Shown here piece by piece: positions 28,565 to 38,501 of a DNA stretch of 64,000 bases. The DNA lies in NCBI GenBank assembly GCA_027485405.1, contig JAIXRB010000082.1, positions 13,657 through 77,656 on the forward strand. The letters are read 5' to 3'. Under the pieces are notes generated by a model. It did no database searches. It was not told where the DNA came from and worked only from the letters and a program-made list of their open reading frames with translations. This DNA is from Leptospiraceae bacterium. Lineage in GTDB: Bacteria > Spirochaetota > Leptospiria > Leptospirales > Leptospiraceae. Each line of letters begins with the position of its first letter. Positions within the stretch are counted from its first letter, which is position 1. Both the position numbers and the translations under genes were made by a program.

Positions 28565-28921
28565 CTAATTCTCGTAGTAAATCTCTAGCAAATTTTGATT
28601 TGGATCGGAGAAAGTGAGACTCTCGCCGTTTTCGTAGCTCTCTGGACCTCGAACGATTTTCACGTTTTTCTCTTCTAGTTCAGAGATTGCTTCGGTGAAA
28701 TCATCCACATCCATAATAAAACTGAGAACCGGGTATCCTGTCTCTACGCCAGCTTGAGGGGATTGAACCAACCTAATTTTAAAGCTATCTAAAGTCAGTA
28801 GAGCCTCTGTTGCCTTTTTGGATTCCAACTCAAAATCGAACACATCCTGATAAAATTCAATGGAAGCGTCTAATTGCGAGACTGGAATGTTTACATGGCC
28901 TATGCCTTCTACGATGATCAT
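28565..28921 (-). CDS. VOC/glyoxalase-family protein
   Basis: 118 aa. GIGHVNIPVSQLDASIEFYQDVFDFEL and C-terminal DPNQNLLEIY are typical of the glyoxalase/bleomycin-resistance fold. Confidence 0.75.
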   Translation of the reverse strand: MIIVEGIGHVNIPVSQLDASIEFYQDVFDFELESKKATEALLTLDSFKIRLVQSPQAGVETGYPVLSFIMDVDDFTEAISELEEKNVKIVRGPESYENGESLTFSDPNQNLLEIYYEN

Positions 28922-29040
28922 ATGATTTCTTCTCTTTTGGTTCTCTTTCTGTCCACTCTACCCTAAAAAGGATGGATGTCGAGAAAAATCCGATCAGTTT
29001 TCACTTCCAATGGAAAGGTTTTTTTTTTAGTTTGGGTAGT

Positions 29041-29508
29041 ATGAAGAGTATTTTTAGATTCCTCACACCCCTAATCCTTCTCTTGGCGCTTTCCTGTCAA
29101 AAAGAAGATCCTCCTTTTACTGCCTCAGAGGAAACTCTGGTTCTTTCCGTTCTTGCCGCCAATGAAGAGATACATTCTCAATTGATGAAAGAGGAAAAAA
29201 TCCCAGACCTGACGTCTATCAAAAGAGCTCTGCAAGGTTTATCGAACCAAACTCACCCTAGTTTATTGGCTCTTTCTGAGGCGAAAGATAATGAATTTAA
29301 GGATGGTCAAAAAGATTTAGAAGCATTCTACACTGCATTGTCTACTTTTTCCACCAAACTTGAGCCTATCCTCAAAAAATCTGCGGCATTTTCGGAGTAT
29401 TCAGCGTTCTACTGCCCTATGGTCGAAAAAACTTGGATTGCAAAAGGTTTGCCGGTCCGCAATCCTTTCGCTCCTGATATGCGGGATTGTGGAGATCGAC
29501 TTCCTTAG
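29041..29508 (+). CDS. hypothetical lipoprotein
   Basis: Start moved to the Met of MKSIFRFLTPLILLLALSC (signal plus lipobox). The upstream ORF-track extension spans a T10 run in the divergent intergenic region. Confidence 0.6.
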   Translation: MKSIFRFLTPLILLLALSCQKEDPPFTASEETLVLSVLAANEEIHSQLMKEEKIPDLTSIKRALQGLSNQTHPSLLALSEAKDNEFKDGQKDLEAFYTALSTFSTKLEPILKKSAAFSEYSAFYCPMVEKTWIAKGLPVRNPFAPDMRDCGDRLP

Positions 29509-29535
29509 ATCGATTCTAAGCAACCTGCAACGAAG

Positions 29536-30510
29536 ATGGATGAAACCAAACCGAAATGCATATTGGATTTAACCTTAAAACAGGCATGTCCTAACCATTG
29601 CAAATCTATGCTTCATTCTTCTAGTCTTTCCAATCAACTTCTTAAGAAGTGTTTTGCAAAAGACAAATTGAGATTGTTTTTAGAAGGAAATTCAACTTTT
29701 AGCATAGGGCATAGTGCGTTTTCACAATGCAATTCAAAACTATTAGCAGAATTTTTGAATGAAAATAAAGAGAATTACGAATTGGTCGCTTACTTTTTAT
29801 ATATCAGTGAACCATTAGATGCTAAAAATATCATAGAATCCTTCCCTACTTTTGTTTTAGCAGAAATGTTTCGAAATGATTTCAAACAGTACGAAGATGT
29901 TAAACGAAGTATTCCTCGAGAAAAAAGAGAAAAAAATTTTTTCAAAGTAAAGAGCTATCGCTATTGGCAATACTTACACTACCAGACTATTTGCGATATC
30001 ATCGTCTTTTTAGTTAGAACTAAAGGAGACGCAGAGCTGGCTAGCCAGTTTCTAATGATTCTCCCTTCCCAGATTATTTCAACAATCCGGGATTTTACAG
30101 GATTTTTACCCGAAGAAGAAAAGAGTCTTTATAAAGCGCTAGGTGATGCGATTTATGAGCTTCCTATTCAATCCCCAAAGATTTATAAGCATATAGTCTC
30201 TCTTTTTGAGGATGATATGGAGATTTTTATCGTTTTATCAACGATGGAAGAATTGGTAAAGAGACAGGAGCAGATTTTAGATTTAACAGAAAGTTTGTTG
30301 AATTATACAGAAAAACGCACAATTGATCTAGATATTCAATACATCTTTTCCGAATTGAATGGATATGATCTTTTAATCGCATTAGAAGTTTTAGGTCAAT
30401 TGCAAGAAAGACAAAAAATCACTGGTTCCCAGAAGGACACTTTGATTCAACTTCTTGAGACTGGAAGTCTTGATGTCTTAAAAAATATGAAACGAAACTT
30501 TAAGCTATAG
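29536..30510 (+). CDS. hypothetical protein (324 aa, predicted helical, Cys-rich N-terminus)
   Basis: Uninterrupted ORF. N-terminal CILDLTLKQACPNHC. No recognised domain. Confidence 0.55.
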   Translation: MDETKPKCILDLTLKQACPNHCKSMLHSSSLSNQLLKKCFAKDKLRLFLEGNSTFSIGHSAFSQCNSKLLAEFLNENKENYELVAYFLYISEPLDAKNIIESFPTFVLAEMFRNDFKQYEDVKRSIPREKREKNFFKVKSYRYWQYLHYQTICDIIVFLVRTKGDAELASQFLMILPSQIISTIRDFTGFLPEEEKSLYKALGDAIYELPIQSPKIYKHIVSLFEDDMEIFIVLSTMEELVKRQEQILDLTESLLNYTEKRTIDLDIQYIFSELNGYDLLIALEVLGQLQERQKITGSQKDTLIQLLETGSLDVLKNMKRNFKL

Positions 30511-30513
30511 GCT

Positions 30514-31737
30514 TTATTTACTTCCTTCTGGCTGATCTATCTTTGAACAAAGGTAAATGCTAATCAATAATGCTGTAATTGATACCAAACCCACATAAGG
30601 GAAATTAACCACCTTTCCATCCGCGTTTTCCATGAGAATAAACCCTGAAATGAGAGAAGCGGCTCCGGAAGCAATCTGTTGGACAGAAACGTTAATAGAC
30701 ATAAAACTACCTCTTATCTTGGGTTCTACGGCGGAGGTAATCAATGCAAAAGCGGGTACCATTCGCCCAGAAACAACGATCATAAACAAAGTTGTCAAAG
30801 CTACGACAACGACAGTGGGTGTAATTCCGAGATTTGTGATCAAGGTAACTGGGATGATTGAAAACAATGCAAAGATTTTATATATTTTCTTTTTTCCAAA
30901 GTGATCGGACAACCTACCAATTGCTCTACTTGTAAAGAACGTAAACAGACCACCCACAAAGTAAATGTACCAAAGCTCATCTACTCTCATGCCAGCATTT
31001 GAAACTAGAAAAGTGCTTAGAAAAGGAATCACTGTAAATCCACCAAACATCAATGATACCATATAAGCAAAGGCGTAGTAGTGGCTCTTTCGAGAAAATA
31101 CCTGACGAATAGCATCCCACTTACCATCAGTCGAATCTTTCTCATCCAAATGAATGCGAATATTGGGCAAAACCTTGTAAGCGAATGGGATAAAAGCAAA
31201 ACAGAAAAAAGAAATCCCAAAAAAAGGAGATTGCCATCCGTATTTGCTAGCAACTGCTAACCCAATTGGAATACCTACTACCGAAGCAACCGAAAAAGCG
31301 GACATGATCATTCCCGTTGCGGCACCTCTTCTAAAAACTGGGATGATGTCTCCAATGATAGAAAGCACAATAGCACCTATAATGCCTCCAAAACCTCCAG
31401 CTACCGATCTAGCTATCAACAAAAAAAAGTAATTAGGTGAAATAGCGCAGAGGAGAGTGCCTAAGGCAAAACCCGTCGTTATAAAAAGTAAAACTGATTT
31501 TCTATCAAAACGATCTAGATAAAAGGCTCCAATAAATCCAAAAACCCCCGCACTAACCGTATAAGCTGAAACTAAAAGTCCAAACTGAGTAGAGGTAATC
31601 TTGAAATCACTCATAAACAGAGGACCGAGCGGCATCATTATAACAAAGTCAAGAATGTGCAAAAACTGTAGGAGCGCCAAAATAAAGATAATCAGTCGCT
31701 CGTTTTGAATCGTATGTAAGGGATGCGCGTCTGTCAT
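30514..31737 (-). CDS. MFS transporter
   Basis: About 12 TM helices. The MFS loop motifs LDRFDRKS and GRLSDHFGKKK fall between TM2/3 and TM8/9. Confidence 0.85.
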   Translation of the reverse strand: MTDAHPLHTIQNERLIIFILALLQFLHILDFVIMMPLGPLFMSDFKITSTQFGLLVSAYTVSAGVFGFIGAFYLDRFDRKSVLLFITTGFALGTLLCAISPNYFFLLIARSVAGGFGGIIGAIVLSIIGDIIPVFRRGAATGMIMSAFSVASVVGIPIGLAVASKYGWQSPFFGISFFCFAFIPFAYKVLPNIRIHLDEKDSTDGKWDAIRQVFSRKSHYYAFAYMVSLMFGGFTVIPFLSTFLVSNAGMRVDELWYIYFVGGLFTFFTSRAIGRLSDHFGKKKIYKIFALFSIIPVTLITNLGITPTVVVVALTTLFMIVVSGRMVPAFALITSAVEPKIRGSFMSINVSVQQIASGAASLISGFILMENADGKVVNFPYVGLVSITALLISIYLCSKIDQPEGSK

Positions 31738-31839
31738 GGTTGTCTTTTGACTTTATCTCTTTTGCAAGGGAATGGGATATAAAAAATGCTTTTGACTCCC
31801 AGAATAAATGCCCTGATTTGGAAGGTAGTACTTTTGCCG

Positions 31840-33075
31840 ATGGAACCAAAAAGAACTCATTTTTCAAAACGAATGGAAGAAATTGGGAATGATGTTCCGG
31901 ACAATGATCTAACAATTTTAAAAACGGAGCGCTTAGAAAAAGGACTTTCTGTACTGGATTTAACCAACTCAAATCCGACTCAACTGGAGCTTGATTTTCC
32001 TTGGAGTTCCATTTTAGAAGAACTCGACTTTCATGCTTTTTCGGACTACAGCCCCGATCCAAAAGGACTTACAACTGCGAGAAAGGCAATCTCCGAAACC
32101 ATTTATAGTAGCGATCTATCAGAAAACTTAATTCTCACTTCAGGTTCATCAGAAAGTCTTTCTTATCTTTTGAAGCTTCTTACAAATCCAGGAGATTCCA
32201 TTCTTTTACCTACCCCTGGTTATCCTTTGTTTCCATTTATCGCAAACTTAGAGTCCGTCGAATTTGTTGAATACCCTCTATTTTTCGAGGAAAAATCAAA
32301 TCAATGGGAATACTCTATTGAATCTATGCAAAAAATGATTCGAAAAAACACAAAGGCAGTTCTAATCGTCACTCCTAACAATCCAACAGGCTCTATTTTA
32401 TCCAAACAGGAATGGGAAAAATGGGAAGCATGGTCCATCGAAACTCAAATTCCTTTGATTTTTGACACTGTTTTTTCCGATTTCATCTTAAACAAAGAAA
32501 AGGAATTAGATACATCATTTGTTCCAACAAAATCAAAAGCTCCAGTTTTTGTTTTAAACGGCATTTCAAAAATGTTGTTTCTTCCTCAGTGGAAACTGGC
32601 ATGGATTCTAGTTTTAGGAGAAAAAGAGTTTCAGCAAACTGCCATCAGATCTTTAGAATTCATATCTGATACCTATCTTAGTGTTAACTCCTTCATTCAA
32701 AAAAAAATTCCCGAGCTTTTGGTCTGGAAAAGCATGATTCAAAATCAATGGAAACGACGGATTTCCAGAAATCTATATCTTTGCAAAAGTTTTGATTGGA
32801 AAAGTATCCAACTTTCCTTTCAATTTGGCAATGCTGGCTATTATGGTTATTTTGAGATTGGAGATCGAGATTCAGAAAAATTTTGTGAAATCCTTTTGAA
32901 AGAAACTGGTATTTTGCTTCATCCAGGTTCCCTATTCAACTTTCCAGATGAAAAAGAAAGAGTGATTTTTTCTTTAGTTGTCGATGAGATTTTGTTAGAA
33001 GATGGATTGCAAAAATTGTTTAAATTTTGCCTAGAAGGAAAGGAGGTTCTGGCCAAATTTGGTGCTTCCCTCTAA
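31840..33075 (+). CDS. PLP-dependent aminotransferase, class I/II
   Basis: VTPNNPTG and the PLP-lysine region LNGISKMLFLPQWKLAW. I prefer the start at MEPKRTHFSKR; the ORF-track start at 31786 overlaps the divergent MFS promoter region. Confidence 0.8.
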   Translation: MEPKRTHFSKRMEEIGNDVPDNDLTILKTERLEKGLSVLDLTNSNPTQLELDFPWSSILEELDFHAFSDYSPDPKGLTTARKAISETIYSSDLSENLILTSGSSESLSYLLKLLTNPGDSILLPTPGYPLFPFIANLESVEFVEYPLFFEEKSNQWEYSIESMQKMIRKNTKAVLIVTPNNPTGSILSKQEWEKWEAWSIETQIPLIFDTVFSDFILNKEKELDTSFVPTKSKAPVFVLNGISKMLFLPQWKLAWILVLGEKEFQQTAIRSLEFISDTYLSVNSFIQKKIPELLVWKSMIQNQWKRRISRNLYLCKSFDWKSIQLSFQFGNAGYYGYFEIGDRDSEKFCEILLKETGILLHPGSLFNFPDEKERVIFSLVVDEILLEDGLQKLFKFCLEGKEVLAKFGASL

Positions 33076-34030
33076 TATAATTCAAAATTTCTTCCTTTCT
33101 TGCTTCCGTATCCGCTTTACCGAGTTCGTAACATTTCCTAATTCCTTCCGGATTGGTATAGTCGAACGAAGTTATCGGTAGTTTAGTGGAAGGTTTTAAT
33201 AATAGGGATTTTTTAATTAGAGCTTCGGACTTACCGAAAATAGTAGAAGGTTCATAGTACACTCCAATGATTTTTGCATTGGGATCAAACTTTTCTAAGA
33301 CTAAGTTGTTGGTTAAGCCTCCATCAAAATAGTATTCGTTGTCCACGCTCTGCAAATCCAAAATTGGAGGTATGCATGAGGAATTCATTACAAATTGTTC
33401 AACCAAAGTTTCGTTTGCAAAATCTTTCTCTGTAAAGTCCACATCTTGCATGTTCCATTTTTTAATAATCTCAGCTGTTCGGAAACCAGGCTTTCCTTCC
33501 GTTCTATCTCTATCATCTAAGACAAAACATCGAGCAGTTTCACTGATCAATCTAGCCATTCTAAACCGGTTTTTAAGGGATTTTTCTTTAGGATAAGCTC
33601 GAACTGTATGAATGTAAATCTTTGTACCAGTTGATCTGATCTTGTCTAATCTCAATCCAAATCTAACACCTCTTCTGTACATTTGCTCATGGGGAAAGGC
33701 ACGATCTCCCTTCCAGAGATTGGAAAGACTAAAGTTACTTGGATTTCTTGCAGTGATTGCTTCAAAGTATTGAACACTTTCTTCTTCAGATTCTGAAACA
33801 ACACATAATGCCATTGCCGCACCAGCGGAGACACCGGAAATTTCTTTAATTCGTACTCCCCATTCCCGAAGCTTAAATCCTACACCTAAACCATAGAACG
33901 CCTTACAACCTCCGCCAGCGAAACCCAAGGAAACCTCCATGGGACTGACAAGCCTGGATAGAGCTTGGGTTAATTGATCTTTGACTTCCGTTAGAACAGG
34001 CAATTCTAGTCTTCTTCCCATCGTAAGCAT
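33020..34030 (-). CDS. patatin-like phospholipase
   Basis: Oxyanion motif GFAGGGCKAFYGLG, nucleophile elbow GVSAGA (GxSxG) and catalytic Asp motif FDGGLTNN. Confidence 0.85.
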   Translation of the reverse strand: MLTMGRRLELPVLTEVKDQLTQALSRLVSPMEVSLGFAGGGCKAFYGLGVGFKLREWGVRIKEISGVSAGAAMALCVVSESEEESVQYFEAITARNPSNFSLSNLWKGDRAFPHEQMYRRGVRFGLRLDKIRSTGTKIYIHTVRAYPKEKSLKNRFRMARLISETARCFVLDDRDRTEGKPGFRTAEIIKKWNMQDVDFTEKDFANETLVEQFVMNSSCIPPILDLQSVDNEYYFDGGLTNNLVLEKFDPNAKIIGVYYEPSTIFGKSEALIKKSLLLKPSTKLPITSFDYTNPEGIRKCYELGKADTEARKEEILNYIRGKHQIWPEPPFLLGKI

Positions 34031-34323
34031 AGACTGTTGTTTTCACCAAGAAATCGATCAAAATACAGGCTTGTTCGACATTCATTTTCTGTTGCTAAAA
34101 AAAAGTCATAGCCGCCTGCCGGGTATTTGATTTTACAACAACCCTTTTTATCTTTTCGGCTTTCCGGTTGAACAACTGATTTGTTCTGGCCCTTAAGGTC
34201 TCCCGAATAAGGTGGAAGCTCCGAAAAAGACTGAGAGGATACTTGGAATGGAAAAATAAGAACTAGACCAAACATAAAACTTAGCAAAATCGTATTGGGA
34301 ATTTTTCTTTGATTCATGCTCAT
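34006..34323 (-). CDS. small secreted Cys-containing hypothetical protein
   Basis: 105 aa. Signal peptide ILLSFMFGLVLIFPFQVSS, then KKGCCKIKYPAGG...ENEC. Its ATG directly abuts the upstream stop (TAAATG). Confidence 0.5.
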   Translation of the reverse strand: MSMNQRKIPNTILLSFMFGLVLIFPFQVSSQSFSELPPYSGDLKGQNKSVVQPESRKDKKGCCKIKYPAGGYDFFLATENECRTSLYFDRFLGENNSLCLRWEED

Positions 34324-35448
34324 TTATTTTTTAGACAAGACCGGATTGAATAGAATAGGTAAAATATCGGAAAAACACTTTCCGCTTAGGTGAACTGAAT
34401 CAAAAAAATCGCGACAAGTCCATTTTTCTGTCTCATAGGGGTCGATAACCAAAATCGAGTCTTGTGAGATTTCTCTTACTGATTCGTTCAAATCCTTTTT
34501 AAAGGATTCAAGCAAGCCAGATGAAATATACCTTTTCCGAAGTGGTTCAGCAGATACTGGAAAATAAATGACAGTTGGAATCTTATTTGAAACTAATAGC
34601 CGCAATGTTTCCTTGAAAAAGTACACTTGCGTTGGAGAGTATTTGAATCCTTTTAGATATAGGTTGAAAATGTTTTCACTATCGACTTCTAAAAAGAAGG
34701 ACTGATTCGTAAAGTGTAAGTCATTAGGAAAAGCACCTAGCTTTTTCTTGTTCGCTTCTTGGATTGCCTGGACAGTTTTAGCTTTCTGGTCTTTTCCTTT
34801 GAAACCAGGAATGACAATGTCTAAAAAAGCCGCCTTCAATTCAGAGTTGTTAGCAATTACATTCTTTACATCAACTGGATTCTTATAGAGAGCAAATAGC
34901 CTCTTTAAAAGATAAGTTTCGGCTTCTTCGGAAGAAAAGCCTCCAGAAGATGCTTTCCAAGGATCCCCCTTTTGAGTCCCTATCCAATTGGTGTGATCGA
35001 TTATAAACCCGGTGTCATAAGAACCATCTAGCGAATATTTGACTGCTGTCTTTGTAAATAGGATTGGATCTGCTTCTAAAATAACATAGGAGATTTTATT
35101 TCCAGAGTTTAAAAGAGCTTTTAACCAATAATAGTAAAATGAAGGAGGAGCCAACGGTGCAGAAAAATTAAATGTTTTGGTGCCTGGATAGATTTCTTCG
35201 ATCAAATCTGAATCAAACTCTCCCGACCGAGAGGAACCAAAAATAACTCCATATTTAAAATTAGGTTCTGCTTTGAAGGAATCTTGCCAAATCGTAAACA
35301 ATTCTCTTTTGGATTCGTAAAAGCTTCGCTCAATCTTTTTATAAGGATAGGTGTTCTCCACTACCCAAGGCAAAGAAAAAAACTTGTCTGCAACTAAGAC
35401 GCACAACAAAAGAAAAACTGGGAATAAATAATCTTTTTGTTTAATCAT
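34324..35448 (-). CDS. DUF1574-like membrane-anchored protein with SGNH/AlgJ-like features (putative O-acyltransferase partner of MBOAT)
   Basis: N-terminal anchor LFPVFLLLCVLVA. VIFGSSRSGEF resembles block I (Ser). The C-terminal FFDSVHLSG is a DxxH block V. Start moved to MIKQKD, 2 nt after the MBOAT stop. Confidence 0.65.
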   Translation of the reverse strand: MIKQKDYLFPVFLLLCVLVADKFFSLPWVVENTYPYKKIERSFYESKRELFTIWQDSFKAEPNFKYGVIFGSSRSGEFDSDLIEEIYPGTKTFNFSAPLAPPSFYYYWLKALLNSGNKISYVILEADPILFTKTAVKYSLDGSYDTGFIIDHTNWIGTQKGDPWKASSGGFSSEEAETYLLKRLFALYKNPVDVKNVIANNSELKAAFLDIVIPGFKGKDQKAKTVQAIQEANKKKLGAFPNDLHFTNQSFFLEVDSENIFNLYLKGFKYSPTQVYFFKETLRLLVSNKIPTVIYFPVSAEPLRKRYISSGLLESFKKDLNESVREISQDSILVIDPYETEKWTCRDFFDSVHLSGKCFSDILPILFNPVLSKK

Positions 35449-35450
35449 GG

Positions 35451-36887
35451 CTAAAATTGGAAATAAATGAATTCTGTTCCTTCTGGAGTAAAGAGACCAA
35501 GCAACCAAACAGTTAACATTGCAAATGCAAAAAGGAGAAATCGAGTTTTAGTTTGATTAATTTCCCAAACTCGGTTGTAAGAATAGTACTGAACTCCATT
35601 CAAAGCAAAGCAAATAGCAATACTTGAAACAATGAAGTCCGGATTCTTTATAGAATTGCCTCCAGCCCAGGTACCTAGTTTTTGGAGCAGAATGAAAGAC
35701 CTGTCGATATCTGGCCCGTTAAAGAAAGGAATTGTTATCGTAAACAGACAAAAACAATAGGCAATACCAAAAATATGTCGAACTAAGCTCGGTTTCTTTG
35801 GCGGTTGGTTTTGATCTCTCTTTTTTTGAAAAGCAAAATAGTTTCGCTCCAGGCTAAGGATAATTCCATGAATAAATCCCCAAACCAAAAATGTTAGGTT
35901 AGCCCCATGCCAAAGTCCCGCAAGACTAAAAGTAATGATTAGATTTAAATACTGACGGATTTCTGAGACTCGACTTCCACCTAAAGGAATGTAAATATAG
36001 TCCTTAATCCAGGTAGAGAGAGTGATATGCCAGCGAGTCCAAAGCTCGCTAATAGATCGACTGAAGTATGGTGCATTGAAGTTTTCTGGCAATTCAATTC
36101 CAAGCAATTTTCCGAAACCCCTAGCTAAGTCCGTATAACCAGAAAAATCAAAGAATATGCGAGCCATAAAACCGAACAAACACAATGCGACGGCAGCTCC
36201 GTTGTATTCGCTCGGATTGTGAAAAACTGGATCAATTAACGGAGACAGGCTATCGGACAAGATTACCTTTTTAATCAAACCCATCAGAATAAAATAGATT
36301 CCTGAATCGATCTGATTGTCTTTCGCATTCCAATTTTTCAATTGCGAAAAGAATTCTCCGTGGCGAACAATTGGTCCTGCAACCAATTGGGGAAAAAACA
36401 TAATGAACAGAATGTATTCGGAGTATGTTGGATTCTCTGGAGCTTCCTGTCGATAGATGTCCACTGTATAAGCAATCATTTGAAAGGTATAGAAGCTAAT
36501 TGCTAAAGGCAAAACGATTTCCTCGAATCCAAACGAACTTTGAAAAAATTGATCTATACTCAGTTTTGATAGATCTGAACTTATAAAAATCGAGCCCAAT
36601 GTCTTAATGAAAAAGTAAAGATATTTAAAAAAGAAAAGATTTGTTAGGTTAATTCCTAAAATCAAATAGAAGATTTTCGATTTCTGGTTCTTAAGTAAGA
36701 ATTGATTCAAAATATGATTGATAGTAACTATCGCCCAAAAATGAATCAGAAAGGGAACCGACCAAGCACCATAAAAAATGAATGAAGCTAAAACTAAAAA
36801 AGGTGTCCTGACTTTCTCTTTCAGTCTCCAATGGATGAGGTAAAGAACCAGGAAAAATATAAAAAATAATAATGATGTGAATTTCAT
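35451..36887 (-). CDS. MBOAT-family membrane O-acyltransferase (AlgI/DltB/PatA-like)
   Basis: Signature WTRWHITLSTWIKDYIYIPLGGSR and a conserved His region LAGLWHGANLTFLVWGFIHG. Multi-pass membrane protein of 478 aa. Confidence 0.9.
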   Translation of the reverse strand: MKFTSLLFFIFFLVLYLIHWRLKEKVRTPFLVLASFIFYGAWSVPFLIHFWAIVTINHILNQFLLKNQKSKIFYLILGINLTNLFFFKYLYFFIKTLGSIFISSDLSKLSIDQFFQSSFGFEEIVLPLAISFYTFQMIAYTVDIYRQEAPENPTYSEYILFIMFFPQLVAGPIVRHGEFFSQLKNWNAKDNQIDSGIYFILMGLIKKVILSDSLSPLIDPVFHNPSEYNGAAVALCLFGFMARIFFDFSGYTDLARGFGKLLGIELPENFNAPYFSRSISELWTRWHITLSTWIKDYIYIPLGGSRVSEIRQYLNLIITFSLAGLWHGANLTFLVWGFIHGIILSLERNYFAFQKKRDQNQPPKKPSLVRHIFGIAYCFCLFTITIPFFNGPDIDRSFILLQKLGTWAGGNSIKNPDFIVSSIAICFALNGVQYYSYNRVWEINQTKTRFLLFAFAMLTVWLLGLFTPEGTEFIYFQF

Positions 36888-36893
36888 GGTTAC

Positions 36894-38501
36894 TTAAGCG
36901 CTTTGACTTACTAGGTTTGTGTCAACTCGAGATGGTGTTCTATCTTCGGGATAATCGGTAGAAAAATGAAGTCCTCGGCTTTCTTTTCTGAGGATTGCTG
37001 AACGCACAATCAATTGAGCCACTTTGGTCAAGTTTCGAAGCTCAAGAAGACCAACGCTTACTGTCGTTCTATTGTAATAGTCTTTGATTTCTTCTGCAAT
37101 CAAATTCAATCGCCGAAGTGCCCTATCCAATCTCAGGTTAGAGCGAACTATGCCAACATAATCACTCATAATCGTTTTCACTTCTACCAAATCATGGGAA
37201 ATCAAAATCCATTCTTCCGTGTTCTTAGTTCCCTCTTTGTTCCAATCAGGCACAGAATCTGATTCTGGGAAGTAGGTCATTGTAGGTTGGTTTGATACAT
37301 CTTTTGCAATTCTATCAGCAAAAACCAAACATTCTAGTAAACTGTTAGATGCCAATCGATTTCCGCCATGAACTCCTGTGCTCGCTGTTTCCCCACAGGC
37401 GTAAAGGCTTTCAATTCCTGTTTTGCCAAAGTAATCAGTAGCAACTCCTCCACACATGTAGTGAGCGGCAGGTACTACAGGAATTGGTTCTGTTGTTATA
37501 TCGATACCTAGTTTTTTACATTTTTCATAAATACTCGGAAAATGTTGAATGATATCATTTGCCGGCTTGTGGGTAATATCCAGCAAAACATGTGTCTCAC
37601 CCCTTTTTTTCATCACATCATCGATAGCGCGAGCAACAATGTCTCGGGGTGCCAACTCTTTCATTTCATGGTAGTCTTGCATAAATGGACGACCATTTAG
37701 TTCACGCAATATGCCACCATGCCCCCTAACTGCCTCCGTAATTAAAAAGGAGTTACCTTGTTCATGGTACAAAGACGTTGGATGGAATTGGTAAAATTCC
37801 ATATTCCGTATAACGGCACCCGCACGGTAGGCACTAGCCACTCCATCACCTGTGGCAATCGTAGGATTCGTAGAATGGAGGTAAACTTGGCCCGCTCCTC
37901 CTGAGGTTAAAATAGTTTTCTTGGAAATGATTGGAAAAACTTCTGAAGTTTCTGTATCGAGAATGTAAGCCCCATAGGTTCGCAAAGGTAGATGATCTTT
38001 CGATTTCAAATGGTGACGAGTTATCAAATCAATGAGAGCATGGTTTTCCAATATTTTGATATTGCCTTTGGATTTTACTCTTTCGAGCAATGTCTGTTCT
38101 ACAGCAAAACCAGTTCGATCCTGAGAGTGCACAATTCGATTTTTCCGATGCCCACCTTCTCTAGATAAATCTAAATTACCCTGACTGTCCCTGTTAAACG
38201 GAACACCTAAATCGGCAAGCTCTTGGACTCGAATCGGCCCTTCTTCCACTAAAATTCGAACGGCTTCTGGGTCACAAAGCCCAGCTCCCGCCAATAGAGT
38301 ATCTTCAATATGTTCTTGGTGCTTGTCAGAAGAAGCAAAGACGGAGGCTATTCCGCCCTGGGCATAGTTTGTGTTAGACTCATAGTCGTTCTTCTTTGTG
38401 ACAATGACTACGTCTCCCAAAGGTGCTACTTTGAGAGCCGTAAATAGTCCGCTTACTCCGCTTCCGATGATTAGAAAGTCGGTTTTGATCCTTCCGATCA
38501 C
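36894..38501 (-). CDS. nadB: L-aspartate oxidase
   Basis: FAD motif IIGSGVSGL, plus [13 protein letters not shown]..., RGHGG and [21 protein letters not shown]. The GTG start overlaps the ctp stop (GTGA). Confidence 0.92.
   Translation of the reverse strand: MIGRIKTDFLIIGSGVSGLFTALKVAPLGDVVIVTKKNDYESNTNYAQGGIASVFASSDKHQEHIEDTLLAGAGLCDPEAVRILVEEGPIRVQELADLGVPFNRDSQGNLDLSREGGHRKNRIVHSQDRTGFAVEQTLLERVKSKGNIKILENHALIDLITRHHLKSKDHLPLRTYGAYILDTETSEVFPIISKKTILTSGGAGQVYLHSTNPTIATGDGVASAYRAGAVIRNMEFYQFHPTSLYHEQGNSFLITEAVRGHGGILRELNGRPFMQDYHEMKELAPRDIVARAIDDVMKKRGETHVLLDITHKPANDIIQHFPSIYEKCKKLGIDITTEPIPVVPAAHYMCGGVATDYFGKTGIESLYACGETASTGVHGGNRLASNSLLECLVFADRIAKDVSNQPTMTYFPESDSVPDWNKEGTKNTEEWILISHDLVEVKTIMSDYVGIVRSNLRLDRALRRLNLIAEEIKDYYNRTTVSVGLLELRNLTKVAQLIVRSAILRKESRGLHFSTDYPEDRTPSRVDTNLVSQSA

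Noticed and set aside
29019-29028. T10 run upstream of the lipoprotein gene, inside the ORF-track extension 28972-29040.
   Set aside because: It sits in the divergent intergenic region, upstream of the more plausible start (the MKSIFRF signal peptide). It is most simply an AT-rich promoter or UP-like tract, not a coding-phase switch.
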